From a virus (taxonomy: Duplodnaviria > Caudoviricetes), in the IMG/VR virus record IMGVR_UViG_2713896750_000003, positions 39,170 through 103,169 of that record: a stretch of DNA of 64,000 nt; one strand, written 5' to 3'. A program made the position numbers and the translations under genes. The notes under the pieces are model-generated. The model did not search any database. It was not told where the DNA came from and saw nothing but the letters and a program-made list of their open reading frames with translations. This document shows, one piece after another, positions 19,064 to 30,600 of the stretch; position 1 is the stretch's first letter, and each line of letters opens with the position of its first letter.

Positions 19064-19477
19064 CTAATCAGAAAACCTTGTTCTGATCTCGTCTCGTTTG
19101 GCTCTAATCAGCGACTCTTCCGGAAGGAGCTTTTCCAACTCTAAAAGAAGCTCGTGGTTTGTTTTCATTAACTCCCAATCCAAATCACTGTAAATCAGGC
19201 TGTTATAGTTGACATGTATCACCGGCTTGATCTCTGCCAACTGATTCACCCAATCCGGGGCCTCAACTTCATCTTTATGAACATAAAGGAATTGAACCTC
19301 TATATCGCTAACACTATTGCAGAGGCCCTCAGGGTCAGCGACTACGCCAATATCCTGAACAATATTGCCATCAGTCTGCGCCAGAGACGCCACTGTGGAC
19401 GCCCCTGATTTTCTCTTGGATGAGATAACGTATACTAATCCGCTTGGGAATGGGTTATTAAATATCAATGCGCTCAT
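19064..19477 (-). CDS. hypothetical protein (possible tail fibre assembly factor)
   Basis: TAATG coupling to the J-like gene; C-terminal IRAKRDEIRTR. Confidence 0.65.
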   Translation of the reverse strand: MSALIFNNPFPSGLVYVISSKRKSGASTVASLAQTDGNIVQDIGVVADPEGLCNSVSDIEVQFLYVHKDEVEAPDWVNQLAEIKPVIHVNYNSLIYSDLDWELMKTNHELLLELEKLLPEESLIRAKRDEIRTRFSD

Positions 19478-22400
19478 TAGTTCGGACCTCCGTTAGTCGG
19501 TGTGGTTGCGTTGTTTGCTGTGTCGCTAACCGAGCCGCCCACCTCAACATTGTCAATAAAATATCGAACACGGAACTCAGACTTATTGCCTCTGAAGTCC
19601 ACTGTACTTCCGTCCAAATCGAACCAGTGTCTAACCTCAACTGTCGCGTAGCCGGCACTTCCGTACAGTTCGGCAGCGGAGCTTCTTTTTGACACGGTCA
19701 TGCTGACGTTGAATTTGATCCCACCTACTGTTGCCGACTGACCATCGTACAGTCTTGGCGATGTTACTGTGGTATCAGTGCCCGCGTGAGAAATAATCAC
19801 TTTACACACGGCTCCATTATCCTTAACTGGAGGATAAGGTGGAGTGGTACCAGCAGAGTACGTTGTGTTCGTCTTTTCGTAGGTTAACTTTTTGTTTGAT
19901 ACACATTCAGGCTGAATGTACCGACGAGAGTAACGAACATATTCGCCTTTATTGGAATAGTCATATGAGGCAATGTTCAGAGTCGCCCACTGTCCCGCTT
20001 GAGCCGAATCACTGTCAGATACGCCAATATTGAAAGCCATGTAAGGGGTAATCCCCTGATTTTCCAATGTCTCCACAGACATAGTTCCATACTGCTCTTG
20101 GTTTCTCCATGTAAGAACTAGCATTTGAACATCGGCAGCAATGTATGACGCCTGAATTGCAGAGCCGGTTATGACAGACCCTCGAATGTTCGTCCCTTCC
20201 ACCTCGCCAGCCTCAAACTTGGCACTTTTTACTATCCCGCCCTCGATGGTAGAGCCATAAATGTCCAAAGCATCAAGTCGAGTGACACTGATGTAGTTAG
20301 CCATTAAGTTTTCAATATAGGCATCATCAATGAAGGCGCTGTTGATGTAAGACACCCCATCAACAACCGAGAACATCGACTTGACGATATCCGTTTTCCC
20401 GTCTGTATGCTTGTTCGTTACGGCAAACGTATCAGCATTGACAAGAAACTGGGTTTTGGAGCCGTTATTGTAGAAGCCAACCCCTCCCTGCAAGCCGTTA
20501 ACGGAAGTCTTAATGCCCCACTGAGCACTATAAACCCCCTCAGCATTAACCGCGGTCTGCATTGCTTCTTGAATAGAGGCGTAGCTTGAGCCGGCGCTTG
20601 CATTTAACTTATTAACGATATTAGCGACCGAGCTATTCGTGTTCGCAATTGCGTTTTTGTTTGTCGTGATTTGAGATTGCAGGCTGCTCTTAGCGCTGTT
20701 TATAGACGCTGTTAACGTGTCCTCTAAGCTAGCAATTGAACTGTTAGCAGATGAAATTGCGGACGCGTTAGAGTTGATTTGAGACTGCAATAGCGACTTT
20801 GCCTCATCCAGATCGTCTGAAATCGTCTGGTCTGCCGCACTAAACTCCGATCTCAACTCCGTTTTAGCAGATGCAATCGCACTGTTTGCATTGGTGATTG
20901 CCGTTTCATTGCTGTCAATTTGAGCCTGAAGACTGTTCTTGGTCGTTTCCAGCTCAGACAGCAATGATGTCTCCAAACTAGCCATCGAAGCATTAGTATT
21001 TGAAATTGCGGTCTTATTCGTGTTGATCTGAGACTGAAGTGCCGAGTCTGCGGAGTTCATTGCGGCATTTAACGTCGTCTCAAGCTCGGACAATGCAGTA
21101 TTGGTGTTAGTAAGAGATGTTTTGTTCTCACTAACCTGCGCCTGAATAGTTGAATCCGCCATTTGCATCTCAGAACGAAGTCTCCCCTCCACCTCTGAAA
21201 TAGAGTTATTTGCGTCAACGATGGCGGTTTTGTTCGTGTCAATCAGAGCCTGCAAATCGCCAGCAGTGCTTTCCATCTCGGCTCTCAAAGTAGTCTCAAG
21301 TGCCGCGACTGTTCCGTTAGTGTTGGCAATAGCCGTCTTGTTCGTATCAATCTGAGACTGTAGCGAGGCCTCGGCGGACTCAATTGCTGAACTCAGTGTC
21401 TCCTCAAGATTTGCAACGGTAGAGTCCGTGTTAGCTATAGCGGTTTTATTCTCATTAATTAACGCAGCTAGCTCACCCTCGGCAGTATCAATGGCGGCTC
21501 TCAATGTAGTATCAAGAGTTGAGATAGCACTGTTAGCATTCGCTACAGCTTGGCTGTTGGTGTTCACCTTTGCCAATAAGCTACTGTCGCCGCTTTCGAT
21601 CATTGCTCTTAACGTTGTATCAAGAGTTGCCAAAGACTCATCAGTTGATGCTATTGCGCTCTTATTTGTTTCTATCTGAGCCTGCAAATCAGACTTGGCC
21701 GTTTGAATAGAGGCTGTCAGAGTCTGCTCAATTTCAGCTATCGATTGATTGGCATCGGTAATCTCTCTTCGCGCTTCTTCAATTCGAGCATACGTTCCTC
21801 TTGGGCCAAATGTCTCCTTACGAGTCACGTCTCTCTCAATGATGGTATCAAGCAAAGCTGCAAGGCCCGCCTCCGCCATCGCTTCCTCAGCCTCAATTCG
21901 CTCAAGATTGATGTCCGCTACAGCTTCGTTAACAACGGCCCCAGCCGCGCCCGTCGCTATCTCAACAATAGGCTGCTCATCATGAAGAATTAAGTCCCAC
22001 TCGTAATCTTGATAGTTAGTGCTAGGTTTAGGATCGATCTTATTGTAAGCGTGACCAATGAATCTTGAGCTATCTAGCTTGCTTAACGAAAAACCAGAGC
22101 CATCAGGCTTGTCCGCATAGGCTACCCAAGTGTACTGATAACTGTCATTTGAGCTGGCTGCTGGTACGCTCCACTCTGCGTCCTGATACATCTCCATGTT
22201 GCAGAAGGTTCTAACCGAACTCCACAACTTGATATTTTCTGGCGCGTCAGAGGCAAGGTTTTCTGGCGCTTTCGTCCACTCACTTTGCTCTGGGATCGGA
22301 TTGTCGTATGAGCCGCCCGTTGGTCTCGACGGAGCTTCAATGCTCCACTGGTACACTGTAACTGTATTAAATGCCCGAGACGTCGTTGGGGCGCTTGAGC

Positions 22401-25400
22401 CGCCATAGACAAATGACGAAGGCTTACCTGACTTGTCTAACGTTCTTAGCCAGTAAAAATGAGGCTTGGCAATAGTCGAGTCTGTTTCGGTAATGTGCTC
22501 AAAATGATGAGTCAGCGTCGTGCTAACCAAGCTTGCATGCTTAATGATCTGCTCGCCATTCCAAGACTCAGGATTACCCATTTCAACAGGAGAGCCATTC
22601 ACAATCGTACCCGCCTCTATCGCGTAAATCTCGGTTGCGAACAAGTTGGAAGACATAACATTCCAAGACAACTTAGCCCCGCCCAGAATAGACTCAAGCG
22701 TCACATCCGACACCGTGAATGGGTTGCCGTCCATTCCTTTTGGAACATGTTGTACAGTCGTAGATAGACCTGGTTTATCCGCTACATCCCGTGGGACGAT
22801 AATAAACTCTATAGCTCTGTCTCGCTCACAAACCAACTCTGCGGAAGAATGAAACTCGCCAAGGTACTTGACGCCTTCACCGCTAACCTTTGCACTGACA
22901 CTTGATGTTCTATAACGGTGATCTGCGTGCGACCAAGCAATAACCACTTTGATTTTTTGAGACGAGGTGCCAAACACGTCCGATTCCGCGATCTCAATGT
23001 CGGATACTGGCCCAAGTGGTCTATCGACAGGGACATCCGAAATCACAAAATCCATAGTGTCGTCGCGAAGAGCCCGCGGATCGTACTCAAGAGCCGTGAT
23101 TGTTCGAGTTAATGTGTCTCCGGTCAGCCCTATGCTGCGAATAGTAAATAATCGACTTTCGTAATTAACATGACCAACAACAAAGCCCTGAAGCGCTTCA
23201 GGTTTAGCCCCACTCAAATTGAAGGTAACCAAATTTGTAGGAGAGTCGTACTGCTCTGGAATAATATCAATATTGGAAATGACATCGAGATCGTGAAGAG
23301 ACACAGTATCTCCAACCACAATCGAGGAAGAATCATTTACAACAATGCCGCACTCCCCATTCGACGACTTGAATGTGTCTAGAACTGCCAAGTCGACATC
23401 TCGAACCAATGCTCGCTTGATTCTATCGGACGTGTCAGGGTCGAACCCTCTCAATGTTAAGTAGTCGCCGTAAATGTTATCAACGACAAAGCTGCCCCTT
23501 TCCAGCTGACTTAGAGACAGTACCATTTTCCACTCCTGATCGGAGTTAAAGACAATATCTTGGTCTAGCCTTGCTCTGTACTCGTTATCTCCAAGATCGG
23601 TAACGGCTTCTAGTTTACCCGCAGCTCCCCACTCCATCATGTCATGCTGCACCGTCACAACGTCACCGATAGTACAAGCTAGTGCCTCGATCGGAGCCTC
23701 AAACGACACAGTCTGGACCAACTTGTTCATGTTAAGAGCATAAATGCCTTCACGAGTTGCTTGATCTAGAGTGACAACGCCGCGCATCGTTGTTGAAGTT
23801 GTATTTGGCTTAGCTCCTGCTTGAATCGCGTCAGAGTCACTAATCTTTATGGTTCGTTGCGCATAGTTGTTCTCTTCATCGTAGAAGGTCAACTCAATCT
23901 CGTTAGCTCTGTCATCAATAGGCAGCCAATCTGTAGAGAAAGTATCTTTGATGATATTGTCTTGCCCAAATCGCATGACTGGGGTTTTCTCTTTCTCAAT
24001 CGACACTGAGTATCTGGTGCCCATTCTAAGAGGGGTCGCTCTACCGACACGGAAAATTTGCGACACGCAATCCCATACGTTCGCCTTGGATGAGATGACG
24101 CCACGGTAATATAGCTTTTTCTCTTCACAGAACTTGGCCCATGCCTTGAACGCATAGAAGTCTAGGCGTGATGGGTGAATGCCCGCACCATAACGTCTAG
24201 ATGTCATAATGTCCCAGACAATCCATGCCGGGTTCGCATGCTGATAGAATCCGCCTTCATAGATCTCTGGCGTCTCAACCGCAAGCGTATGCGCAGGCTT
24301 ATCAAATGCGACCGCACAAGGTACAGAGTTGCCGCTAACCTGTTTTAGAGACTGTTTCTTTTCATCATCAGTAAAAGGGCGAATCTGGCCGTATTTCTCC
24401 ACCTCGCGAACCGTGATATCAAAGCCGCTCTCAATCTCGTCTTTGTTGGCGCTAGGAACCCAAGCCTTGGCCTTTTCATCCCAAACTCTAATTACCTGCC
24501 CATAATGCTCAAATGTTACCTTTGGTATGTTGGAGATCTGATCGGTAACTTTGATTTTTAGAGCAAGTAGCGCAGTGTAGTTGTAGGCGATACTGACATT
24601 CTGGATCTCATTAATTTCGTTCCAAATGATTTCATCCTGAATAGTGCTTTTGTCAGACTTCGCAGTTAATCGCCGCGCCCTGATTTCATATCGACCTTGT
24701 GGTAGCTTGTAAGACTCAAACGTAAATCGAGTGTTAGCAGAGGTAGACTCGCCGCTAAGGGTAATTTTCTGACCAGACTTAGACCCTCCCTCTAGGCCAG
24801 AGTCGTTATACCCATTCACGATTTTGTTTGATGCGTGAAAGTCATGATAGTAACCAACATGTCGCCCCTCACACCAAAGTTCACCGTACTCATACGAAGG
24901 GGGAGCGCTAGTTCTGGTAGGCTCTGCGCCAGTATAGTATCGAACATCAGATGTGTTGCCGTATCGGTTATAGTAGTAAACCGGTTTGGAGGTTTTGCCG
25001 TCCTCCGTTACGAGATCGCCCTTAGCTACCCACTCGTGACCAATTTTCACGTAGTAGTTTTGATACATGCCGTTAGGTAGATATTTGTTTGGGTATTTAG
25101 GGTCAATATACTGACGACCTACCGCTTTCTTAGTGATGGTCTTGCCCGTGGAGTCAAACTTTACTCTGTCACCGTTCTCATCCGTAACATCTTTTAAGAT
25201 GTAGCCTCTACTTGCATCAACCGCTCGAATACCAGTTGTAAGTGGCAGCCACTCTGACGAGCCGTGCTTTCTGATTTGAAGCTCAATAGGCACACTATGG
25301 GAAAGCTCATTACCCTGATTGTCTAGCTTTGCAATGCGAGTATTTAGGTTTACCTGAACTGCATTTACTTCAACTCCTACAGATGTCGTAAATGACGTCC

Positions 25401-26211
25401 AAGTTTCTGGATCAACAAGTTCAGGGTTGTTTTCGACCTGAATAGGCGTGATTTGTCTGTTAAAGCCCTCAGGGACGCTCTGACCATCGTTACCGTGATA
25501 GAAGTTGATTTCAGGCCTGTCTGCCAGTGAACTCATTGGCTGATCGTTGATTAGAATCGAATCAACGTCGATACCGGCGGCCACGCCCTCACCGGCATTA
25601 ATCAGCATATGTAGGTACTGTGTTTGACCCTGCAACTCTGTGTAGTTGCCGATAATGTTCCCTGCAACCCTGTGCTTGCCGTAAACAAGAGGGACAGGAA
25701 TATTATCCTGAGACGTGTTTTTTGCTCCGTCTATACCATAAGTGTAATCAGGCGCTTTAGAATCCGAAGACACACCCAAATCATCAACGGTAGGTGGCAA
25801 AACGGCATTGATAAGCATCGTACCGCCTATCGCCACTGCTGCGGTAAAAACGCCCATGCCTACCGACCCCGTTGTTAGACCCATCGACGACCCAAGAGCC
25901 GCTGCCCCGCCACCATATGTAAACGCCGTCAACGCGACAACAGCGACAAGACGCATGATATTCTTACCGCCACTGCCGCCGTGCAGGATTGGACAAATAA
26001 CGACAACGTCGCCAGCCATAGGATAATCTTGATGAAGCTCATCCTGATCAACAGTTAGACCATTTCTTGAGATAGCATATCTGCCATTCAGCTCACCAAT
26101 ATAGTCATGCAGATTAGCTCCATCGATATAGTCTCTTTCCAGAATTAACCTGTCATCTGGCATGACAGGGTTTCTAATTACGATGAACTTAAGGCTGCGG
26201 TGTGCCTGCAT
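19477..26211 (-). CDS. tail tip/central fibre protein (lambda gpI/gpJ-like host specificity protein)
   Basis: N-terminal ubiquitin-like I domain (VVICPILHGG), PVPLVYGKHRVAG, NPAWIVWD, TLEIT-like ITALEYD, 36-aa coil repeats, SQFLVNADTFAV-like motif; GAGGGG RBS before ATG 26211. Confidence 0.9.
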   Translation of the reverse strand: MQAHRSLKFIVIRNPVMPDDRLILERDYIDGANLHDYIGELNGRYAISRNGLTVDQDELHQDYPMAGDVVVICPILHGGSGGKNIMRLVAVVALTAFTYGGGAAALGSSMGLTTGSVGMGVFTAAVAIGGTMLINAVLPPTVDDLGVSSDSKAPDYTYGIDGAKNTSQDNIPVPLVYGKHRVAGNIIGNYTELQGQTQYLHMLINAGEGVAAGIDVDSILINDQPMSSLADRPEINFYHGNDGQSVPEGFNRQITPIQVENNPELVDPETWTSFTTSVGVEVNAVQVNLNTRIAKLDNQGNELSHSVPIELQIRKHGSSEWLPLTTGIRAVDASRGYILKDVTDENGDRVKFDSTGKTITKKAVGRQYIDPKYPNKYLPNGMYQNYYVKIGHEWVAKGDLVTEDGKTSKPVYYYNRYGNTSDVRYYTGAEPTRTSAPPSYEYGELWCEGRHVGYYHDFHASNKIVNGYNDSGLEGGSKSGQKITLSGESTSANTRFTFESYKLPQGRYEIRARRLTAKSDKSTIQDEIIWNEINEIQNVSIAYNYTALLALKIKVTDQISNIPKVTFEHYGQVIRVWDEKAKAWVPSANKDEIESGFDITVREVEKYGQIRPFTDDEKKQSLKQVSGNSVPCAVAFDKPAHTLAVETPEIYEGGFYQHANPAWIVWDIMTSRRYGAGIHPSRLDFYAFKAWAKFCEEKKLYYRGVISSKANVWDCVSQIFRVGRATPLRMGTRYSVSIEKEKTPVMRFGQDNIIKDTFSTDWLPIDDRANEIELTFYDEENNYAQRTIKISDSDAIQAGAKPNTTSTTMRGVVTLDQATREGIYALNMNKLVQTVSFEAPIEALACTIGDVVTVQHDMMEWGAAGKLEAVTDLGDNEYRARLDQDIVFNSDQEWKMVLSLSQLERGSFVVDNIYGDYLTLRGFDPDTSDRIKRALVRDVDLAVLDTFKSSNGECGIVVNDSSSIVVGDTVSLHDLDVISNIDIIPEQYDSPTNLVTFNLSGAKPEALQGFVVGHVNYESRLFTIRSIGLTGDTLTRTITALEYDPRALRDDTMDFVISDVPVDRPLGPVSDIEIAESDVFGTSSQKIKVVIAWSHADHRYRTSSVSAKVSGEGVKYLGEFHSSAELVCERDRAIEFIIVPRDVADKPGLSTTVQHVPKGMDGNPFTVSDVTLESILGGAKLSWNVMSSNLFATEIYAIEAGTIVNGSPVEMGNPESWNGEQIIKHASLVSTTLTHHFEHITETDSTIAKPHFYWLRTLDKSGKPSSFVYGGSSAPTTSRAFNTVTVYQWSIEAPSRPTGGSYDNPIPEQSEWTKAPENLASDAPENIKLWSSVRTFCNMEMYQDAEWSVPAASSNDSYQYTWVAYADKPDGSGFSLSKLDSSRFIGHAYNKIDPKPSTNYQDYEWDLILHDEQPIVEIATGAAGAVVNEAVADINLERIEAEEAMAEAGLAALLDTIIERDVTRKETFGPRGTYARIEEARREITDANQSIAEIEQTLTASIQTAKSDLQAQIETNKSAIASTDESLATLDTTLRAMIESGDSSLLAKVNTNSQAVANANSAISTLDTTLRAAIDTAEGELAALINENKTAIANTDSTVANLEETLSSAIESAEASLQSQIDTNKTAIANTNGTVAALETTLRAEMESTAGDLQALIDTNKTAIVDANNSISEVEGRLRSEMQMADSTIQAQVSENKTSLTNTNTALSELETTLNAAMNSADSALQSQINTNKTAISNTNASMASLETSLLSELETTKNSLQAQIDSNETAITNANSAIASAKTELRSEFSAADQTISDDLDEAKSLLQSQINSNASAISSANSSIASLEDTLTASINSAKSSLQSQITTNKNAIANTNSSVANIVNKLNASAGSSYASIQEAMQTAVNAEGVYSAQWGIKTSVNGLQGGVGFYNNGSKTQFLVNADTFAVTNKHTDGKTDIVKSMFSVVDGVSYINSAFIDDAYIENLMANYISVTRLDALDIYGSTIEGGIVKSAKFEAGEVEGTNIRGSVITGSAIQASYIAADVQMLVLTWRNQEQYGTMSVETLENQGITPYMAFNIGVSDSDSAQAGQWATLNIASYDYSNKGEYVRYSRRYIQPECVSNKKLTYEKTNTTYSAGTTPPYPPVKDNGAVCKVIISHAGTDTTVTSPRLYDGQSATVGGIKFNVSMTVSKRSSAAELYGSAGYATVEVRHWFDLDGSTVDFRGNKSEFRVRYFIDNVEVGGSVSDTANNATTPTNGGPN
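20600..21780 (-). repeat. about ten 36-aa coiled-coil repeats in the central fibre
   Basis: LQ(A/S)QIxTNKxAIxN(T/A)Nxx(I/V)AxLExTLxxxxxxAxxx repeated; one unit has an 11-aa insertion; boundaries approximate. Confidence 0.8.
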
Positions 26212-26581
26212 ACTCGTAGTACCCCTCAATTCGATTAATCCAAGTGTGTAGGCGCTCAACACAAACGCCGCCCGTCATTTCTGATGTGTGAATGAATTCG
26301 TCGTCGCCCAAATAAGTGGCAACATGCCAGTAGTACTGCCCTAAACGCATAAGCATCACCGAGCCCGGTTGTAACTCTGTTGGTCGCCACAAAACTTTGC
26401 CAGCCGCCATGATCGCTGCGATTGTCGGAGCGTCACCCTTTGGAGTGTGATAGTCCGGCAACTCAATCCCCCTTCTTCTGTGAAGCTCTTTGACAAGCCC
26501 ATAGCAGTCGAGGGCGGAGCTGGCGTCGCGCCCGTTATAGACGAACGGAACGCCAATTAGATCGGCATAATCAATCGTCAT
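26189..26581 (-). CDS. NlpC/P60 tail assembly protein (gpK-like)
   Basis: DLIGVPFVYNGRD...LDCYGLV...WHVATYLGDDEFIH. Confidence 0.88.
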   Translation of the reverse strand: MTIDYADLIGVPFVYNGRDASSALDCYGLVKELHRRRGIELPDYHTPKGDAPTIAAIMAAGKVLWRPTELQPGSVMLMRLGQYYWHVATYLGDDEFIHTSEMTGGVCVERLHTWINRIEGYYEYAGTPQP

Positions 26582-27207
26582 AAATTCCTCACTGTGATAG
26601 ATGGAGAGCCGCCATATCGACGTGTATTTCCGTGCGCCTTGCACCCGTTATCACCTAGCAGTGTTAAGTCACAAGAAGGCATGTCTCCCGTGTATCCACA
26701 CTCTTCAGATTTGTATTGAAATGAACAGCGGTCTCTTAGCTGTGTTCTGCGTGGACAGGACTTTGTTAGAGGGTTTTCAGCGCCCAATTCGAAAGAAATA
26801 ACGTAATTGGATGCGCTACTTGAAGTGACGTTATAAAGCTCAGAGAAATCAACCCTAGCAGCCTCCTCTGATTCAGGCGAAACCGTCACAATTGAAAGTT
26901 TCACTTCTGAGTCAACCATTCCTCGATACTTGCGCAGGTAAGGGACAACCATTCCCGCCTGATCTTCGACAGTGAGCGTGACGTTCTTTATCTCTCCTGC
27001 CTCATCAGATAGGTCAACATTGAATGGAATTCTGATGTAATTGACACCGTCGATCTTCAGGTCATATGTGTGATTACACAAATAGACCGTCTCGACATGG
27101 TTGTAGGTGAAAGGGTCAACCACACGAAACTCTAAGGCAAAAACCATTGCGTTTTCTGAGCTGACCCGATTTTTTTCTAAAACCGTTGCTATGCTTAGAT
27201 TGTTCAT
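26578..27207 (-). CDS. minor tail protein L-like
   Basis: C-terminal CSFQYKSEECGY...CDLTL...GC...RYGG Fe-S Cys cluster; position between M and K. Confidence 0.85.
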   Translation of the reverse strand: MNNLSIATVLEKNRVSSENAMVFALEFRVVDPFTYNHVETVYLCNHTYDLKIDGVNYIRIPFNVDLSDEAGEIKNVTLTVEDQAGMVVPYLRKYRGMVDSEVKLSIVTVSPESEEAARVDFSELYNVTSSSASNYVISFELGAENPLTKSCPRRTQLRDRCSFQYKSEECGYTGDMPSCDLTLLGDNGCKAHGNTRRYGGSPSITVRNL

Positions 27208-27216
27208 TGCTCAAAC

Positions 27217-27238
27217 CTTAAGTAAGTACTTACTTAAG
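27217..27238. promoter_or_regulatory. perfect 22-bp palindrome CTTAAGTAAGTACTTACTTAAG
   Basis: Fills most of the M-L intergenic gap. Confidence 0.75.
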
Positions 27239-27241
27239 ATT

Positions 27242-27598
27242 TTACACCTCGGTTAGTTCAATGTCAGTAACGTTGTACCTGTGATTACCCCCTACTCCAG
27301 AATAAGGAAATTCAGGAAGATTCGTGAATCGAGCGGCTATCGTCTCCCCTGTATCTGGAATTGTATAAGAGAAAATCAAATACGTGCCGTGCTCGTTCAC
27401 AAACTGCTCAAGCTTGACCTTGTCATTCTGATTTATATCCGTAAACCCTGTGGATACAATACGTCTAGGTCTTCTTCCGTGTCTTGGTCGACTATACACA
27501 TACGCAGATTCCGTCTCGGACGACAAACCCTTATCCTCCAACTTTAGCGAAAATTTACTGGAGTCCTCCTTGACTCCAGAAGGTGGGAATATCTTCAT
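27242..27598 (-). CDS. distal tail protein (gpM-like)
   Basis: 118 aa immediately after the tape measure; FSYTIP and terminal LTEV motif. Confidence 0.78.
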   Translation of the reverse strand: MKIFPPSGVKEDSSKFSLKLEDKGLSSETESAYVYSRPRHGRRPRRIVSTGFTDINQNDKVKLEQFVNEHGTYLIFSYTIPDTGETIAARFTNLPEFPYSGVGGNHRYNVTDIELTEV

Positions 27599-27606
27599 TA
27601 GGCCTC

Positions 27607-30600
27607 CTATCTATTTAGCGCATCTCGGAACTTACCTGGTCTTGAAGCTGCCTTCATAACTACATCTGTAATGTACTTTTCACCGTCAAAGCGACTTGTT
27701 GACTGAACATCGGCCTGAACCCCAGTCTGATTAATGACGTTGACGACCGGGGGATTGCCATTTCCTCTCATGGTGACCGGTATGCTTCTTCCGTCAGGAA
27801 GAGGGACATAAGCCTCGTTCATATCTCCCTCACCAAACACCGCCACTTGAGGGGACTTTGCAACACCGCCGTTGGCGTACTTCTTCAAAGGCAAAGAGCC
27901 GAATTCAGTCATGATCCCACCATTAGCAAAGTTGCTGGTAGGAACTTGAAAGCCGCCGTATGACGAGGCATCTCCTACAGGTGAAGGTGACTCGCTACCT
28001 CCGAACATACCTGTTATGCCAAATACGGCCTTCTGAACCGACTGAGCGATCAACATTTTGGTGATGTACTTGCCAATATCTTTAACCATATTGTCGATAA
28101 CATCGCTAAAGCTAGCCTCGGCATCCCACATAGACTCAACGAAGCCGTCCATAATCCCGTCAAATGAAGTCGCCAACTGATTGTCGATCTGAAATGACAT
28201 CTCTGTGATTTTGTCACTTAGGTCATACCATCCATCAGTTCTTGGGTTCAATCTTTTAGCCTTTTCCTCTGCCGCATCTAGGCTGTGGTTGATTGATTCA
28301 ATTGCTTGCTTTGTTAACCGCCATTCCTCGGTATTTTTCTCCAAGCTGACTAGCTGCTGCTGCAATTCCCCCTTAACCTCAAGAAGATTTCTTCGAGTCT
28401 CTTTCGTCTCTCTATTGTACTTCTCAATGCTGTTCTCAAAGGTGCGCTCAATATCTCTTCTGTACTCGCTCTGCTGCAAGATAATGTTATTCAAATCAAT
28501 CTGCTCAGCCATCAGTTCGAGCGTCTTTAATGCGCTCTTTTGACTATCAGACAGACTCATATTTGTAACTTCTTCCAGTTGCTTGCGCATTTGAGCAATG
28601 GCTTGAGCATTCTGCTCGCTAGCAGATTTCCAGCGCATAAACTGATTAAGAGACTTACCTTGAGAAGTACCCAGCTTCTTGGCCATAGAAAGAGTCATGT
28701 CGTCTAGGTTCTTGTTTACCTGCGCAATCTCTTTCTTCAGACGCTTCTGTTCGGCAATGGCCTCTTTTTCATCGTTATAAGCTTGAATAGCTCGATCGGC
28801 GGCGTCCGCCGCAAGTCTCGCGGCAGCAAAGTCAATTGTGGCGTTTTGATATTTACCAGCGGCAATGTCCTCCTCAAGCTGTAATCTCTTCTCTCCGTAC
28901 TTCACCTCTCCTTTTAATCTAGAAAGACGATGAGAATAAAGAGCCTCTGTCTTTTCCAATTTGGAAATCAGCTTCTCCTCGACGGACATTTGCTGCTGAC
29001 TCATAGAGAGTGTGCCGACTGTGCCTACTTCGATATTCTTTCGATACTTCTCTACCAACTTGATCAGGCCGTTTAGCTGCCCTTTGTAGATCTCCATCTG
29101 CTCGGCATCTTTGTCGCTCAGAATCCCGCCCTTAGACTTAGATTCAAGAGCGCTCATAAGCTCTCTGATGTGCTCGGATTCTTTGTTTGCCACTTCCTCA
29201 AGCGACTCTACGGCCTCCTCGCGCAACTCTTGCAGCGCAGGTTTAAAGGCGTTAGTGAACGCCTCGCCTTTTAACCCCTTACCCTCTAGAGTTTCACGCA
29301 ACTCTTTCTCTTGGCGTTCATACTCTCTGGTGATGTCCTGCATCTGCCCGTAAATGAGTCTACTTGCTTGGCTTTCGCCAATATCCAGTGCTGCAGCCAA
29401 TAGTCTCTCGCGAGCTGACTTGACAGACTCAATCAGAAGCTTTCTCTCTTCCTCAAGTCGTCGAATTTGCGAGTCGATCATCGACGTTGCTGCGCCAGAG
29501 TTAGCGCTTTCAGCCCATTGCGCGTTGCCGCTATTCTTGACAAACTCGATCTGCTCACGTCTTTGTTTTTGAAGATCTGCGAGCTTTTTATCCACTCTCT
29601 CCAGATGAGCTCTTGCGTTCTCTATTTCTTCCGCAGTCGTATCTAGGCCATTGTTTCTAACAATATTTTCGGCGGCTCTACTTTGCTTTCCAATGAGTTC
29701 ATCATAAAGATAAATTAGGCTAGTGATTCCAACCGTCGCAACGGTCGCCCAACCACCTATTGCACTGAACATATTCTTGGCCGTCGCTATAATACGAGAA
29801 CTTGAGCTAATGTAGGCCTTTTGAGCACTTCTTATCTTTTCGATGGCGGCATTATGAGTGGCATTAATGTGTTGCTCGTACTTTCTATAGTTATCCGCAA
29901 GTCTCTCACTGATTGCCCCGCCTGACTGTGCATAATACCTCTCCGAGAGCGCTCTCTGATTGGCGGCAATAGCCTCAGTGTGACGCTCAATCAACGCATT
30001 CGTTCTGCGCATATATCGGTCAACATTGCCACTATATTTTTTGCCAGCTTTATCAGCCTGCTCCCAAACGGAGGTCAGAGTGTTTCCTACTCTGTTTACC
30101 GCTTTTAGAGCTAAGATAGATGTGACTATTGCGCCTATCTCTTTAGCGTTTTGCGCAATGGCTACACTCATATCGAACAGGGTTCGAGTAATGTAAGCTA
30201 AGCTTTCGCCTATATCTCGGGCGGCAGAGGCTGCCTCACCGCTGCTCAGCATGTCATCAAGTTCGTTGCCGATCTCTTTTATCGTGTCATTGAAGTCGGA
30301 GTCCCCAACCTCTTTTGCAAGCATGATTAGGTCGTTTCCGATTCGGTTTTTAAGCCCTTCTAGAGTGTTAGCCATTGCCTCTGCTGCACCCATCGATGAG
30401 AAAGCCATCTCTTTAAACAGTTCGTCCAGAGCTGACTTTGACTCCATTGCGCCAGTCGAAATGAGCTTAACCATCTCACCCATTCGCATACCTGATGCAT
30501 CGGCCATTAACTGCATTGCTGTTGGAATAGCTTCGCCCAATTGTTGACGTAATTCCTCCATCGAAATTACGCCCTTACCCGACATTTGTTGAATAGCGAT

